Assembly: GCA_043721115.1 (NCBI GenBank)
Contig: JAYSRH010000172.1
Location: forward strand, 1-37,239
Reading direction: 5' to 3'
Source of the DNA: Fibrobacteria bacterium
GTDB taxonomy: Bacteria; Fibrobacterota; Fibrobacteria; UBA11236
DNA: 37,239 nucleotides
A program made the translations under genes and the position numbers. Under the pieces are notes generated by a model. That model saw only the letters and a list, made by a program, of their open reading frames with translations, was not told the origin of the DNA and searched no databases. Below are positions 36,544-37,239 of this stretch, in pieces (within the stretch, counting starts at the first letter, position 1; each line of letters begins with the position of its first letter).

Positions 36544-36788
36544 AATACACCTCGATGATTAATGTTCCCTTTTCATTCCGCCAACAAGCCACCCAGGAAT
36601 ATCTCAGGTGACAATGGTATTTGTTTTCTCCCAGCTTGCTGTAGTTCTTCCATTCGGATTGAACCGGGCCTTTGGCTTTAAGATCCTCGATTAGGGCTAA
36701 GAATTTATCCTGAATAGCCTCAGGAAGCCTTTTCAGCTCTTTCAAGATCTTTCAAGATCTTTTTCGGAAGAACGACGTCAAATGCCAT
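36512..36788 (-). pseudogene. RelE/ParE-superfamily toxin gene disrupted by a 10-bp tandem duplication
   Basis: From ATG 36788 the reading is MAFDVVLPKKILKDLERAEKAS-stop. Deleting one copy of the 10-bp unit gives MAFDVVLPKKILKELKRLPEAIQDKFLALIEDLK...KYHCHLRYSWVACWRNEKGTLIIEVYYAGSRENAPY (88 aa, RelE/ParE-like). The track ORF 36512..36745 needs an internal TTG. Confidence 0.8.
36738..36762. repeat. perfect 10-bp tandem duplication (TCTTTCAAGA x2.5)
   Basis: ttcaagatct at 36741..36750 is repeated exactly at 36751..36760. The periodicity extends over 36738..36762. Confidence 0.95.
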
Positions 36789-36947
36789 TAACGATAATGT
36801 ACCCTAATTTAGTGGACATGACAAGATGGCGATAGAGATTCCGGACAATGGCTTTGGGCAACCTTTGGGTTTTCGTCTCGAAAAGCCAAAGCCCCAAGCG
36901 GCCATTACAGTTTCTACGGTCCACGTCCATAGACCCGCTTTGAATTG

Positions 36948-37239
36948 TCACCCTACTTCCGGACAGGGGATTTGGACAATTTCCTGAAAAATGGCGATCA
37001 ATTTGGAACGTTCATTGGATACTAGGTGGCCCAGAAAATCAATGTCCTTGGTTGGCCTGAGTGAAGTCATATGGTGTGCCAAGAAAAGCAGGCCACCCTT
37101 GAGAATGAATCGGTTCTTATATGGTGAGATGGAAAGCCGACACAACAATCGTTCCTGAAAATATTGGAGCAAGGTCATTTCGTGATTCCGGCCATCGCCC
37201 TTGGAAAGGAGCAAAAGCTTAGCCCGGATTGAGTCTGCT
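36948..37239 (-). pseudogene. AbiEii/AbiGii-type nucleotidyltransferase toxin fragment (5' end outside the window, 3' truncated)
   Basis: The frame is open to the window edge (ADSIRAKLLLLSKGDG...). LLQYFQERLLCRLSISPYKNRFILKGGLLFL...LRPTKDIDFLG matches the N-terminal AbiEii signature. It stops after about 97 codons, whereas the family is about 250-300 aa as recalled. Confidence 0.6.

Noticed and set aside
36850-36893. Nested hairpin GGCTTTGG...TTTTCG-tct-CGAAAA...CCAAAGCC between the AbiEii stub and the toxin gene, considered as a terminator
   Set aside because: No U-run follows on either strand and the outer loop is large. It may be structural, but I cannot support a terminator call.

Overview
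This window appears to be chromosomal DNA from a Gram-negative bacterium; lipoboxes, outer-membrane barrel tails and an LpxR-like gene support that. It mixes conserved core genes with a patchy accessory region. Core genes: a B12-binding MerR-like regulator translationally coupled to a phytoene/squalene synthase (minus strand, 1-2.5 kb), purine nucleoside phosphorylase, LpxR-like, PhzF-like and RMD1/DUF155-like genes, a PAS hybrid histidine kinase, and an intact nuoA-nuoI block (20.4-28.5 kb) that stops after nuoI. The accessory region between punA and about 14.3 kb is compositionally heterogeneous. It holds an AT-rich HExxH lipoprotein, a very GC-rich three-gene cassette with two decayed genes (5.8-8.1 kb), and an AT-rich run of same-strand orphan secreted or lipoprotein genes with a GNAT and an SseB-like gene. 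Two diverged copies of a ~120-bp repeat carrying a conserved mini-ORF (MAKVKVK) lie at 5.58 and 10.38 kb. The 3' third holds an AAA/DUF4143 ATPase and a kinase-like orphan. It also holds the candidate I rank highest, a tightly overlapping minus-strand operon: CxxCH/CxxxxCH heme-motif lipoprotein(s), then DUF4266, then DUF3570. Beyond that operon are a pirin remnant, a RelE/ParE-type toxin broken by a 10-bp tandem duplication next to an intact HTH antitoxin, and an AbiEii fragment. I found no rRNA, tRNA, CRISPR array, integrase or transposase. All family calls rest on motif recognition by eye, with no database search.
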